Shown: positions 8,828-18,906 of the stretch, in pieces
How positions within the stretch are numbered: the stretch's first letter is position 1
How the letters are laid out: each line of letters begins with the position of its first letter
Source: an uncultured Candidatus Saccharibacteria bacterium
Lineage (GTDB): Bacteria > Patescibacteriota > Minisyncoccia > Phycocordibacterales > Zambryskibacteraceae
NCBI GenBank assembly: GCA_964357635.1
Contig: CAYHLZ010000003.1
Location: 1-42,377, forward strand
Reading direction: 5' to 3'
DNA length: 42,377 nt
Position numbers and translations under genes: made by a program
The notes under the pieces: model-generated
What the model saw: only the letters and a program-made list of their open reading frames with translations
Database searches by the model: none
Told to the model about the DNA's origin: nothing

Positions 8828-11800
8828 ATGAGTAAGTTTGTCCACCTCCATACACATAGCCACTACTCACTTCTTGAAGCTTTGCCGAAAATTAGTGATC
8901 TTGTAAAAAAGGCCAGTCTCTCCAATATGGATGTCCTTGCTTTGACTGACTCTGGGAATCTTTATGGTGCTATAGAGTTTTACAAAGAGTGCAAAAAACA
9001 GGATATAAAACCAATAATTGGAGTTGATTTCTATGTTGCTAGCCGAACGAGGCTTGATAAAGAAGCAAGGATAGACAACGAACGCTCTCGTTTGGTTCTT
9101 TTGGCTGAAAATGATAATGGCTACAAAAATCTTTTGAAACTAGTAACAGCTTCTTATTTAGAAGGCTTCTACTACAAACCGCGCATTGATAAAGAATTGA
9201 TTGAAAAATATCATGATGGACTCATTGCGATATTACCCGCACTTACAAAAGCAGATTTAGAAGAGAAAACTAAATACTATAAAAAAATCTTTGGAGAAAA
9301 CAATTTTTTTCTTGAAGTAACTAGACACAGAGAAATTAGAGGGCATGAAGATAGTATGAAAATGAGAATTGAATTTGCCCGTAAAGAGAATATTCCCCTA
9401 GTTGCCTGCCACGATGTCTATTATCTTGAGTTAGAGGACAAACCTGTCCGTGACACCATTCTTTCAATACAAGGACACCTACTTGGTGGTAGTGACAGCG
9501 GAGCCTTCGGTGAAGATGGTGAAGACCTTTCTTTTATCTCAAGTGAAGTGGCAAAAGATTATTTTAAGGACATCCCAGATGCCCTAGAAAATACCGCTAG
9601 GATTGCCGAGAGGTGCAATTTGGAACTTGAGCTCGGTACATGGGTTTTCCCGAACATTGAGACCCCAGAAGGAGTTACCCCAGATGAATTGTTGAAAAAA
9701 ATTGTCTATGAGGGTTTCAAATCAAGAAATAGTAAAAAAACTAAACAAGAAATTGAACGCGTGGAATATGAGCTTAAAATAATTAAAGATAAGGGTTATG
9801 CCAAATATTTTCTTGTGGTCTACGACCTACTAGATTACGCGCACAAAAACGGTATCTTAACAAATGTCCGAGGCTCCGCCGCAGGTTCTATGGTGACTTA
9901 CCTTGCCGGAATTACTGACATTCATCCACTTGAATACAACCTGCCGTTTGAGCGTTTCTTAAATCCTGACCGACCATCACCGCCAGATATTGACATGGAC
10001 TTTGCTGATGACAGGCGAGATGAGGTTATTGAATATGTCCGAAAAAAATATGGGGAAGATAAGGTGGCTCAAATAGGAACCTTCGGCACTATGATGGCTC
10101 GTGGAGCGGTGCGCGACGTAACACGAGCTCTTGGCTTCTCTTACACTCTTGGAGACCAAATAGCTAAACTTATCCCGCTTGGCGCCCAAGGCTTTCCCAT
10201 GACTCTTGACAGAGCCATGAAAGAAAATCCAGAGTTGAAGAAACTGTATAAAGAAGATTCTGACGCCAAAAGGATTATAGAAATGGCGCAAAAAATTGAA
10301 GGAAATGCCCGACACATCTCTGTCCATGCTGCTGGAGTGGTGATATCCCCCACACCCTTAACCGACTACACCCCACTTCAATATGACACTAAGGGTGAGA
10401 AAAAAGTTATTACTCAATACGACATGCATTCTGTTGAAGAAGCAGGTCTTCTTAAATTTGATTTTCTTGGTATTAGAAACCTGTCTATCATCGCAGAGGC
10501 ACTGGCTCGTATTGAAAAAATAGAGGGCAAAAAAATTGTTATGAAAGATATCCCGATTGATGATAAAAAAACATTTGAGATGCTTGCCCGAGGAGAAACA
10601 GAAGGAACATTCCAACTAAACGGAGATGGGATGACTCGTGCTCTCATGGAGCTGAAACCAAACACGATACACGACATTAACGTCATGGTGGCCCTATATC
10701 GCCCTGGGCCCATGGATAACATCAAGGAATATATCGCAAGAAAGCACGGTTTGAGCCCTATAAGTTACCTCCACCCGAAAATGAAGGGCTTCTTAGACAC
10801 AACCTACGGCGTGCTTGTTTATCAAGATGACCTCCTCATGACCGCCATTGAAGTGGCAGGTTATTCTTGGGGAGAAGTAGACAAGTTCCGTAAGGCGGTT
10901 GGTAAGAAAATTCCTGAAGAGATGAGGAAACAACATATTATCTTCGTAGAAGGATGCCAGAAACATGGCGGTATGAAAAAGGATAAGGCGGAAGAACTCT
11001 GGAAATTATTTGAGCCTTTCCAAGGATACGGGTTCAACAAAGCGCACGCAGCAAGTTATGGTTATGTCGCTTATATCACTGCGTACCTAAAAGCTCATTT
11101 CCCCGCTATTTATATGTCAGCAGTCCTTACAGCAGAATCTGGTGACGTAGATAAAATTGGGGTGATTATAAAAGAATGTAAGCGTATGGGTATAGAAGTT
11201 TTGCCTCCGTCTATAAACGAAAGTTTCTCACAATTCACTGTGGTAAATGAGAAGCCTTATAAGATACGATTTGGTTTAACCACTATTAAAAACTTTGGCC
11301 AAGGGGTTTCTAGTACTATCACTCTAGAAAGAAAACAAAATGGCGAGTATAAAGATTTGGCAGACTTCCTTGATCGTGTAAAAGATAAAAATTTAAATAA
11401 AAAATCTCTTGAATCGTTGATACAGTGCGGCGCATTAGATGAATTCGGAGAGCGCGGTATGCTCCTTGCGAACATTGATAATCTTCTTGAATACCACCGA
11501 GAGAGAGTGCGCGCGCCTAAAAATCAGGACTCCCTTTTTGCTCAAATGTCAGACACTTCTACCTTGCCGAGCTTACGTCTAATAAAGGCTCCGGAGGCCA
11601 CGCAGAAAAATAAATTACTCTGGGAAAAGGAATTATTGGGACTCTATATCTCTGGGCATCCGTTAGAAACCTATAAAGATAAGCTTCTTTCCGTTAAAAC
11701 TAGTGTTGATAAGCTTGGCGATTTAAAAGAAGGTAGCGAGGTGGTTATCGCTGGAATAGTGGAGAGTGTGCGCGACGTTTTAACCAAGAAAAATGAACGC

Positions 11801-11977
11801 ATGGTCTTTATGCGCTTGGCAGACCTCACGGGCACAATAGAAGTAGCAATTTTCCCAAGAGTGCTTAATGAGTTCCGTAGTTTTGTACAACCAGAAACTT
11901 GCGTTGCCATTAAAGGCAGGGTTTCTAAGAGAAAGGACGAGACTTCATTCATTGCCGAAAAGATTAAGGCCTTGTAG
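8828..11977 (+). CDS. dnaE: DNA polymerase III alpha subunit
   Basis: N-terminal PHP domain (FVHLHTHSHYSLL), a polymerase core and a C-terminal OB fold, about 1050 aa in all. Start placed at ATG 8828; the track ORF begins at 8789. Confidence 0.95.
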   Translation: MSKFVHLHTHSHYSLLEALPKISDLVKKASLSNMDVLALTDSGNLYGAIEFYKECKKQDIKPIIGVDFYVASRTRLDKEARIDNERSRLVLLAENDNGYKNLLKLVTASYLEGFYYKPRIDKELIEKYHDGLIAILPALTKADLEEKTKYYKKIFGENNFFLEVTRHREIRGHEDSMKMRIEFARKENIPLVACHDVYYLELEDKPVRDTILSIQGHLLGGSDSGAFGEDGEDLSFISSEVAKDYFKDIPDALENTARIAERCNLELELGTWVFPNIETPEGVTPDELLKKIVYEGFKSRNSKKTKQEIERVEYELKIIKDKGYAKYFLVVYDLLDYAHKNGILTNVRGSAAGSMVTYLAGITDIHPLEYNLPFERFLNPDRPSPPDIDMDFADDRRDEVIEYVRKKYGEDKVAQIGTFGTMMARGAVRDVTRALGFSYTLGDQIAKLIPLGAQGFPMTLDRAMKENPELKKLYKEDSDAKRIIEMAQKIEGNARHISVHAAGVVISPTPLTDYTPLQYDTKGEKKVITQYDMHSVEEAGLLKFDFLGIRNLSIIAEALARIEKIEGKKIVMKDIPIDDKKTFEMLARGETEGTFQLNGDGMTRALMELKPNTIHDINVMVALYRPGPMDNIKEYIARKHGLSPISYLHPKMKGFLDTTYGVLVYQDDLLMTAIEVAGYSWGEVDKFRKAVGKKIPEEMRKQHIIFVEGCQKHGGMKKDKAEELWKLFEPFQGYGFNKAHAASYGYVAYITAYLKAHFPAIYMSAVLTAESGDVDKIGVIIKECKRMGIEVLPPSINESFSQFTVVNEKPYKIRFGLTTIKNFGQGVSSTITLERKQNGEYKDLADFLDRVKDKNLNKKSLESLIQCGALDEFGERGMLLANIDNLLEYHRERVRAPKNQDSLFAQMSDTSTLPSLRLIKAPEATQKNKLLWEKELLGLYISGHPLETYKDKLLSVKTSVDKLGDLKEGSEVVIAGIVESVRDVLTKKNERMVFMRLADLTGTIEVAIFPRVLNEFRSFVQPETCVAIKGRVSKRKDETSFIAEKIKAL

Positions 11978-11987
11978 GATAGAGCTT

Positions 11988-13223
11988 ATGAGTGAGAAAG
12001 AAGACAGAGATCATAAAAAATTAGGCAAAGAACTTGGACTCTTTCATATAGATGAAACGGTCGGTAAGGGTCTACCGATGCTACTTCCCAAGGGTGCCAC
12101 GATTAGGAGAGAGCTTGAACGCTTTATTGTGGATGAGGAGATAAAAAGAGGATACAACCATGTCTATACTCCTGATATTGCTAGACTAGAACTTTATAAA
12201 AAATCAGGTCACTATCCGCATTACAAAGATTCCATGTATGCGCCTATCGTTATTGATGACGATGAGTTCATGCTTCGTCCAATGACGTGTCCGCATCATT
12301 TTCAACTGTATTTATCAAAACCACATAGTTACCGAGAGTTGCCAGTACGTATTGCTGAAGTAGCTAAACTTTACCGCTATGAACAGTCTGGTGAATTAAT
12401 GGGTCTTCAGAGGGTGCGCAGTTTCTGCCTTTCTGATGCTCATATTATCTGTGTTTCAGAAGAACAGGCAGTAGAGGAAATGGGAGAGGCGCTAGACCTT
12501 ATTGAGTACGCCACTGGAGTGCTTGGCTTAAAACTTGGTGTGGATTATAGATACAGACTCTCACAAGGAGATAGAAAAAATAAAGAAAAGTATCCCGGCA
12601 ATCAAGCAGACTGGGAAAAGTCTGAAGACCTGCTTCGCAAACTTATGAAAAAGCGTGGAAACGACTTTGAAGAAGCAGTTGGTGAAGCATCTTTCTATGG
12701 TCCAAAAATAGATATCCAGATGAAAAATGCTAATGGGAAAGAGGATACGGCCTTTACTGTTCAGTATGACTTCATAATGCCAGAGCGATTTAATCTAAAT
12801 TATATTGGAGAAGATGGTAAGGAACACAGGGCCTTTGTCGTACATCGCTCATCCATTGGGGCTATTGAGCGCATTATGGCGTTTCTAATAGAAAAGTATG
12901 CAGGCGCCTTCCCTCTCTGGCTCTCACCTGTTCAAGTAAAAGTTTTGTCTATTGGAGAAAATCATGTGAAATATGCTAAAGAAGTTTTTGAAAAATTAAA
13001 GACAGAAAATATTCGAGCAGAACTTGATGACTCAAATGAGAGCTTGGGGAAGAAGGTTAGAAATGCCAAAACCGAGAAAGTTCCTTATGTGGCTGTAATT
13101 GGAGACAAAGAAATTTCGGAAAAAAAGGTTACTTTAGAAAGTAGAGATAAAGGTAAACTTGGCGAATTTGAAATTAGTAAGCTTATTTCTAAGCTTCTAG
13201 AAGAAACAAAGAGTAAGGCTTAA
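11988..13223 (+). CDS. thrS: Threonyl-tRNA synthetase, catalytic core plus anticodon-binding domain only
   Basis: It begins at [13 protein letters not shown], which is the start of the class II core. The Zn-site context MTCPHH and SDAHI and motif 3 [17 protein letters not shown] are present. Start at ATG 11988; the track ORF extension to 11868 overlaps dnaE. Confidence 0.9.
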   Translation: MSEKEDRDHKKLGKELGLFHIDETVGKGLPMLLPKGATIRRELERFIVDEEIKRGYNHVYTPDIARLELYKKSGHYPHYKDSMYAPIVIDDDEFMLRPMTCPHHFQLYLSKPHSYRELPVRIAEVAKLYRYEQSGELMGLQRVRSFCLSDAHIICVSEEQAVEEMGEALDLIEYATGVLGLKLGVDYRYRLSQGDRKNKEKYPGNQADWEKSEDLLRKLMKKRGNDFEEAVGEASFYGPKIDIQMKNANGKEDTAFTVQYDFIMPERFNLNYIGEDGKEHRAFVVHRSSIGAIERIMAFLIEKYAGAFPLWLSPVQVKVLSIGENHVKYAKEVFEKLKTENIRAELDDSNESLGKKVRNAKTEKVPYVAVIGDKEISEKKVTLESRDKGKLGEFEISKLISKLLEETKSKA

Positions 13224-14581
13224 CCCTTGGGCTTTAGAGTTGGGAAGAGGATAACTTCTTTAATGTTTTTAACATCCGTGAGAAGCATTACTAGGCGGTC
13301 AATACCGATACCAATACCACCGTTTGGTGGCATGCCGTACTCCATGGCTTCTAGATATTCTTGGTCAGACGGCGATATTTCTTCTTCGCCAACTTTTCCT
13401 TTCTTATCTTCTTCAACATAACGTTCTCTTTGGTCTATAGGGTTATTGAGTTCAGAAAAGGCATTTACTAGCTCTATTCCGCCTACTACAAGTTGGAAGC
13501 GGTCAAGAAGTTTTGGATTATCTTCTTTTCTTTTTGCAAAAGGATTTGATGATACTGGATAGTCAACGATAAATGTCGGCTGAATTAAACTTGGACGAAG
13601 CTCTTTTTTGTATTCTTCATCCTTCATCTTCAGAGGATACGATATTACTTCAAAATTTTTCTCCATATTAATCTCCTGTCCTTGGTACTCAAACTTCAAT
13701 TTGCCAAAAATTCCTTTTACTACAAATTTAAAGAGTTTTTCTATAAACTCTCGCTGGTTAGCTGCGTTTACATAAGCCTCGTTAGATTCAAGCATTGTAA
13801 ACTCAGGATTGTGAGATGTGTCTATGCCTTCATTTCTAAACCGCTTCCCTATTTCAAACACCTTATTCATGCCGCCAGCAAGCAGTTTCTTTAGGTAGAG
13901 TTCCTGTGCTACGGGGAGAAAAAAGTCCATGTCCAAGGCATTGTGATGTGTCTTAAATGGGAGAGCAGTGGCTCCACCAACTAAGGGTTGAAGATTGGGT
14001 AAATCTACTTCAACAAATCCGGCGTCAATATAAAACTGCCTTATAAGTTCAATAATCTTGGCACGAGTTACGAATCTAGCTTTCACTTCTGGGTTAGAAA
14101 GAAGATCTAAATAGCGTTTTCTAAATCTTTCTTCAATATCCTGAAGACCGTGCCATTTTTCTGGCAGAGGGAGAAGTGACTTTGAAAGTATTTTAATCTC
14201 CTCAACCAGAAGTGTTTTCTCGTTTTTCTTTGTCAGGAAAAAAGTGCCCTTAACTTCCACAAAATCTCCGATATCAAACGCGCTTTCAAATAGTTCAAAC
14301 GATTCAGTGGAAAGTGGTTCACCTTTCTTAAGAAGTGCTTGGAAACGCCCAGTACCATCATCAAAATCAAAAAAAATTATTTTTCCCTGTGCCCGTAAAG
14401 ACAAAATACGGCCGACCAAATGCTTGCTTTCGCCGTTACTAACCAAACTTTCAAAACGAATACCTGCTTCAGAACAAGTGACATCCTGACGCGCCGTTGT
14501 CGGATAAGGATTAATACCCTTCTTGATAAGAAGATTAAGTTTTCCGAGTCTTGTTTTCTTAATCTCTTCTAATGATGCCAT
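13220..14581 (-). CDS. lysS: Lysyl-tRNA synthetase, class II
   Basis: Motif 2 [18 protein letters not shown], motif 3 [15 protein letters not shown] and an N-terminal OB anticodon-binding domain. Confidence 0.9.
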   Translation of the reverse strand: MASLEEIKKTRLGKLNLLIKKGINPYPTTARQDVTCSEAGIRFESLVSNGESKHLVGRILSLRAQGKIIFFDFDDGTGRFQALLKKGEPLSTESFELFESAFDIGDFVEVKGTFFLTKKNEKTLLVEEIKILSKSLLPLPEKWHGLQDIEERFRKRYLDLLSNPEVKARFVTRAKIIELIRQFYIDAGFVEVDLPNLQPLVGGATALPFKTHHNALDMDFFLPVAQELYLKKLLAGGMNKVFEIGKRFRNEGIDTSHNPEFTMLESNEAYVNAANQREFIEKLFKFVVKGIFGKLKFEYQGQEINMEKNFEVISYPLKMKDEEYKKELRPSLIQPTFIVDYPVSSNPFAKRKEDNPKLLDRFQLVVGGIELVNAFSELNNPIDQRERYVEEDKKGKVGEEEISPSDQEYLEAMEYGMPPNGGIGIGIDRLVMLLTDVKNIKEVILFPTLKPKG

Positions 14582-15048
14582 TACTTGATGTCTATAATCT
14601 TATACGACATCATACCACTTGGAGTTTCAAAAGAGAATGACTCTCCCTTTGATTTGCCCATAGCAGAGGAGCCCAAAGGAGAACGAATAGAAATTTTCCC
14701 CGCGGTGGCATCTGCTTCTTCAGAACCAACCATGGTGTAGTGCTTGCGAGATTTATCGGCTTCTTTCTCTACTGTTATAACAGAGCCCACTGCGACCACG
14801 CTAGCGCTTTGAATAGAAATAATCTTTGCCGACCTCAAAATATCTTCCAAACGACTTATTCGGTCTTCTAATACTGCCTGATTATCACGCGCTTCCTGAT
14901 ATTCCTGATTTTCAGACAAATCACCCAAGGATTTGGCATACTCAAGAGCTTCAGCAACTTCTTTGCGCTTGGTGGTCTTAAGAGACTCAAGTTCTCGATT
15001 TAATTCGTCAAACTTTTCTTTGGTTAAATATTCTTGGTCGGCTCTCAT
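14581..15048 (-). CDS. greA: Transcription elongation factor GreA
   Basis: 155 aa with the [14 protein letters not shown] coiled-coil tip motif and a C-terminal FKBP-like Gre domain. Confidence 0.9.
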   Translation of the reverse strand: MRADQEYLTKEKFDELNRELESLKTTKRKEVAEALEYAKSLGDLSENQEYQEARDNQAVLEDRISRLEDILRSAKIISIQSASVVAVGSVITVEKEADKSRKHYTMVGSEEADATAGKISIRSPLGSSAMGKSKGESFSFETPSGMMSYKIIDIK

Positions 15049-15113
15049 TCTAGTTAATATTATGGAGAGACACTATACTCTAAAAACTTTATAAAATCAA
15101 ACGCGCTCTTAGC

Positions 15114-16835
15114 CTACTCAAAATACTCTGGAGAATTTATAGCCATCCAGTCAAAGAGCTTTCTGACTACAGATGTGGCCCCGAGTGTGTTTGAACTTGG
15201 TCCCTTTTCCATAACAGCTGCCCAAGCATACCTTGGGTTCTCATATGGAAAAAAGCCTACAGACCAAGAGTGCACATAACGCTTGGCAGACCCCACTTCT
15301 GCTGTACCAGTCTTTCCTGCCACCTTCACATATGGAACATTGAGTCCTACAGAGGTGCCGTAGATAACAGCATCCCTCATACCTTCGTGCACAACTTGCC
15401 AGTCCTCGTCATTTAACTTTATAGTACTCAAAACTTGATCTTTACTCCCTCCTATAAGAAGCGATGGGGTTAAAAGCTTGCCCTTATTGGCAATGGCGGC
15501 ATAAAATCTCGCCGCATTAATGGCCGTGATTTGAGTACCGTACTGCCCTATTGAAGTTATATAAGTATCGCCCAAGCGCCAAGTATCTCCGTCAAACTTC
15601 TCTTTCTTCCATTCCGGAGTTGGGATGACACCTTCCACCTCACCTGAAAGATCAATGCCAGTTTTTTCTGTCAGACCAAAAGTTTTAAAATATTTATCTA
15701 GTGTTGCTATCCCTAGACCTTCTTGGTCGCCGAAACCACCGCCCACAGAATAGAAATAAGTATCGGAAGAAACAGCAATAGCCCTTCTCATGTCTGTCCA
15801 GCCGTGAGCTTTCCAGTCTTTGAAGATAGATGGTTTGGTCTTATCGTATGGATTCTCAACTTTGATTGAACCGGTGCTTAAAATTTGTTTGTCTGGAGAA
15901 ATTATTTTTTCATTAAGAGCGGCAAGAGCTATTATTGGCTTTACAATAGAACCAGGAGTATAGAGTCCGCCTATGACGCGATTGAGAAATGGTTTTGAAC
16001 TACTATTAAGAAGCAAGTTAATCCTTGTCTGGTCAGAGCCACTGGTCAAAATATTTTGGTCATATTCTGGATAGCTTGTCATGGCAAGAATCTCACCTGT
16101 TGAAACATCCATTAAAACAGCTGCTCCGCCCACAAACCCTTTGTCTTTTGCAAGAGATTCCATGGCCGAGTAAAGAACCTCTGACAAACGTGAATCAATG
16201 GACAAAACGAGAGGTTCGCCATCAACTGGCGCCCTAACTACTGATTCAGAAGTCACCTCACCATAAACATCTGTCTCTTTTAGTTTCAACCCGTTTTTTC
16301 CTTTTAATAAATCGTCAAAACTACGCTCAACCCCATCTCTGCCACGATAATTTTCTTCATAATAGAAGCCTGTTTTATCAAAAAGAGGATACTTAATATA
16401 ACCAACCGTGTGGGAAAGACCCTTTATAGGAGCATAGATCCGCTTGGCAAAATCATTCCCCTCTTCTTTAATGGCATTAGTAGCAAGCTCGCGCATGTTT
16501 CTATCAAGAATAAGGCCGCGATTTGCAAATATTAGTGTTTGCTCGAGACGGTTGTTGTCAGAGATTTGAGAATAGATTTGACCTTGATTAATACCTAAAG
16601 ACCATAATTTTGAAACCATTGTTAGAACGATGAGCAACAAGATAATCTTTATAATAAGAAAAGTTTGCTCCACTATCGGTTTTTCCATTCTGCCTTCAAA
16701 ACGATATTCTTCAAAGCCTGGTAAATTCGTTGAGTCAAGAAAAATATCTTCTGGGTTGATATCCTGATACTTTAGACCCGCACGATGGGCGGGGTTAAAA
16801 GTTTTTTTGATTTGGCGGATAAGTCTTTTAAGCAT
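15114..16835 (-). CDS. mrdA: Penicillin-binding protein 2 (elongasome transpeptidase)
   Basis: N-terminal TM anchor, SxxK (GSIVKP), SxD/N (SSD) and KTG (AGKTGTAE) motifs. It sits immediately downstream of mreBCD. Confidence 0.9.
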   Translation of the reverse strand: MLKRLIRQIKKTFNPAHRAGLKYQDINPEDIFLDSTNLPGFEEYRFEGRMEKPIVEQTFLIIKIILLLIVLTMVSKLWSLGINQGQIYSQISDNNRLEQTLIFANRGLILDRNMRELATNAIKEEGNDFAKRIYAPIKGLSHTVGYIKYPLFDKTGFYYEENYRGRDGVERSFDDLLKGKNGLKLKETDVYGEVTSESVVRAPVDGEPLVLSIDSRLSEVLYSAMESLAKDKGFVGGAAVLMDVSTGEILAMTSYPEYDQNILTSGSDQTRINLLLNSSSKPFLNRVIGGLYTPGSIVKPIIALAALNEKIISPDKQILSTGSIKVENPYDKTKPSIFKDWKAHGWTDMRRAIAVSSDTYFYSVGGGFGDQEGLGIATLDKYFKTFGLTEKTGIDLSGEVEGVIPTPEWKKEKFDGDTWRLGDTYITSIGQYGTQITAINAARFYAAIANKGKLLTPSLLIGGSKDQVLSTIKLNDEDWQVVHEGMRDAVIYGTSVGLNVPYVKVAGKTGTAEVGSAKRYVHSWSVGFFPYENPRYAWAAVMEKGPSSNTLGATSVVRKLFDWMAINSPEYFE

Positions 16836-17091
16836 AAGTTCTGAGTCGCTCTCTAATAGGTAAAAGAATGATAAGCGAGATTAGGGCTGAGAAGCCAAAA
16901 GAAGTAAACAAAAGACTTGGACCCCATACTCCAGCACCATGGATAAAGTCAATAAGAAGTGCTAATAAAATCCCTTCCCAGAAAAACGGAAAGAAAATAA
17001 TGCCTAAAAAAAGAAATGGAACATAAACCCAATACGGAAGAAACAGTATTGATATGAGGATAATTAAAGATCCGAAGAGGCGACGAATCAT
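16828..17091 (-). CDS. mreD: Small polytopic membrane protein in the MreD position
   Basis: 87-aa, very hydrophobic ORF lying between mreC and the PBP2 gene with overlapping start and stop. Assigned by position only. Confidence 0.4.
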   Translation of the reverse strand: MIRRLFGSLIILISILFLPYWVYVPFLFLGIIFFPFFWEGILLALLIDFIHGAGVWGPSLLFTSFGFSALISLIILLPIRERLRTYA

Positions 17092-17864
17092 GGTGTTACA
17101 AAAACAAATCTTAGGCTAAAAATATTGGTCGGACTTTTTGCCAATACCTCCTTAAATGAATCAGTTGGAGAAACATTGACCTCTCCAACTACCGCCACAA
17201 GTCTTCCTGTTATATCTGCTGAAAGAATTCTATCTCCTTCCTCAATGGCCACATCCTGCGGTAAAGCAATTTTAAAATTCCCTCCGCCAGAACCAACAAG
17301 CGTGACTGGTACGTTACCCCTCTCAAGAATTGCGCTGGTCTCCTCGCCATTTGAAGAAAAAAGTTTTACCTTTGAGGATCTAGGCAAAACTTCAGAAACT
17401 AAGCCCAAAACCGGCCCTTCCGGTAAAGATACTTCAGCGCCTAGGGTTATAGAATCACGAAAGCCAACATCAATCACAATGCTGTCATATGGGCTCTGTG
17501 GTGGTCTGGTTAATACAGTTGAAATTACCGTGTCTGGCCTTTGTTTACGACCGGCAAGCTCAAGTAAAACTTCTTCTTGGGTTTTCCCTCCCGATAGAGC
17601 CAAAATTGTAAGCTCAAGAGAAGAAACTTTTTCTTTCAGAAATGTGTTTTCTTCCCAAAGTTTTTTCTGGGAATCAAAGATGGAGTTCCAGTTTTGAAAT
17701 TTCTTGATTACTATATTTTCTGTCTTCCAGAGAGGTGAGACTGACGAGATAATGACGGAATCAATCAGAGAAAAAACGATAGCACCTAGCACAAAAACTA
17801 TTATAAGAATAAGTATTCGATTGAAATACGAGTGCTTTAATTTATTTTTTGGGAGGTAATTCAC
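17088..17864 (-). CDS. mreC: Rod shape-determining protein MreC
   Basis: N-terminal TM segment, a coiled coil and beta-rich C-terminal domains. It is located between mreB and the mreD-like gene. Confidence 0.7.
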   Translation of the reverse strand: MNYLPKNKLKHSYFNRILILIIVFVLGAIVFSLIDSVIISSVSPLWKTENIVIKKFQNWNSIFDSQKKLWEENTFLKEKVSSLELTILALSGGKTQEEVLLELAGRKQRPDTVISTVLTRPPQSPYDSIVIDVGFRDSITLGAEVSLPEGPVLGLVSEVLPRSSKVKLFSSNGEETSAILERGNVPVTLVGSGGGNFKIALPQDVAIEEGDRILSADITGRLVAVVGEVNVSPTDSFKEVLAKSPTNIFSLRFVFVTP

Positions 17865-18906
17865 TTTCGTTCTCTATAAGTACGGACCTAAAGTTATCTA
17901 AGTCCTCCAAGATTATACCAGCACCCCTTGCTACGGTCGTTAGCGGGTCTGCGGTAATAAATACCGGCACATTGATTTCACTTTCAATAAGTTCGGCAAG
18001 TCCTTTTACGAGCGCTCCACCACCGGAAAGATAGACTCCTCTGTGCATAATATCACTAAGAATTTCAGGTGGTGTCGATTCAAGTACTTCTTTAATCCCC
18101 TCTATCAAGCTTTCAACAGATTGAGAAATTGCCTCGCGAATATGAGTGTCTGTGATAATCATTTCCTTTGGTAAACCTGTCACCAAATCACGCCCCTTAA
18201 CCGTCATCTCAAGTGGGGCATGTGTCGGCAAAACAGAACCAATAGAAATCTTGACAGCCTCTGCAGTCTTTTCTCCTAGAAGGATTTTAAATTGATTACG
18301 AACATAAGAGACAATATCGGAGTTAAATTTATCTCCAGCAATACGCAAATTCTTTGATCTAACCACACCTCCAAGTGAGATTATCGCTATATCAGAAGTA
18401 CCACCGCCAATGTCTATTACCATATTGCCGACTGGTTCATGAATCGGTAAACGCATACCGATAGCGGCGGCCATGGGTTCCTCAACAATATGGACCTCTC
18501 CCGCACCGGCATTACGGGTAGCGTCACGGACAGCACGAATCTCTACGTTGGTGATACCCGAAGGTACGCCCACCACTACTCTTGGACTAAGAATTTTGTT
18601 TAAACCTCTGGTAGCCTTTCCTAAAAGATAGCTAATCATCTCTTCAGTAATCTCAAAGTCAGAAATCACGCCGTCAACTAGAGGTTTTATAGCAAGAATG
18701 TGGCTGGGGGTACGACCAAGCATGGCTCTGGCTTCTGTTCCGATAGCAACAACTTGTCCAGTCTTTTGGTTGACTGCGACAACAGACGGTTCGTTGATGA
18801 CAATGCCCTTGCCACGTAGGTAAACAAGCGTGTTTGCGGTACCTAAATCAATACCAATGTCATGGGAAAAGAACTCACGAAAATTTTTTTTGCCGAAAAG
18901 TTTCAT
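17842..18906 (-). CDS. mreB: Rod shape-determining protein MreB
   Basis: Actin-fold motifs IGIDLGTANTLVY and DIGGGTSDIAI. Confidence 0.95.
   Translation of the reverse strand: MKLFGKKNFREFFSHDIGIDLGTANTLVYLRGKGIVINEPSVVAVNQKTGQVVAIGTEARAMLGRTPSHILAIKPLVDGVISDFEITEEMISYLLGKATRGLNKILSPRVVVGVPSGITNVEIRAVRDATRNAGAGEVHIVEEPMAAAIGMRLPIHEPVGNMVIDIGGGTSDIAIISLGGVVRSKNLRIAGDKFNSDIVSYVRNQFKILLGEKTAEAVKISIGSVLPTHAPLEMTVKGRDLVTGLPKEMIITDTHIREAISQSVESLIEGIKEVLESTPPEILSDIMHRGVYLSGGGALVKGLAELIESEINVPVFITADPLTTVARGAGIILEDLDNFRSVLIENESELPPKK

Noticed and set aside
11868-11987. 40-codon upstream extension of the thrS ORF as a possible remnant of the N-terminal domains
   Set aside because: It overlaps the 3' end of dnaE in another frame, and its sequence (SSVVLYNQKLALPLKAG...) has no TGS or editing-domain character. 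ATG 11988 follows the dnaE stop.
17125-17697. 190-aa plus-strand ORF over mreC
   Set aside because: It is an antisense shadow ORF, Ser/Thr/Pro-rich. mreC is supported by its mreB-mreC-mreD-PBP2 context.
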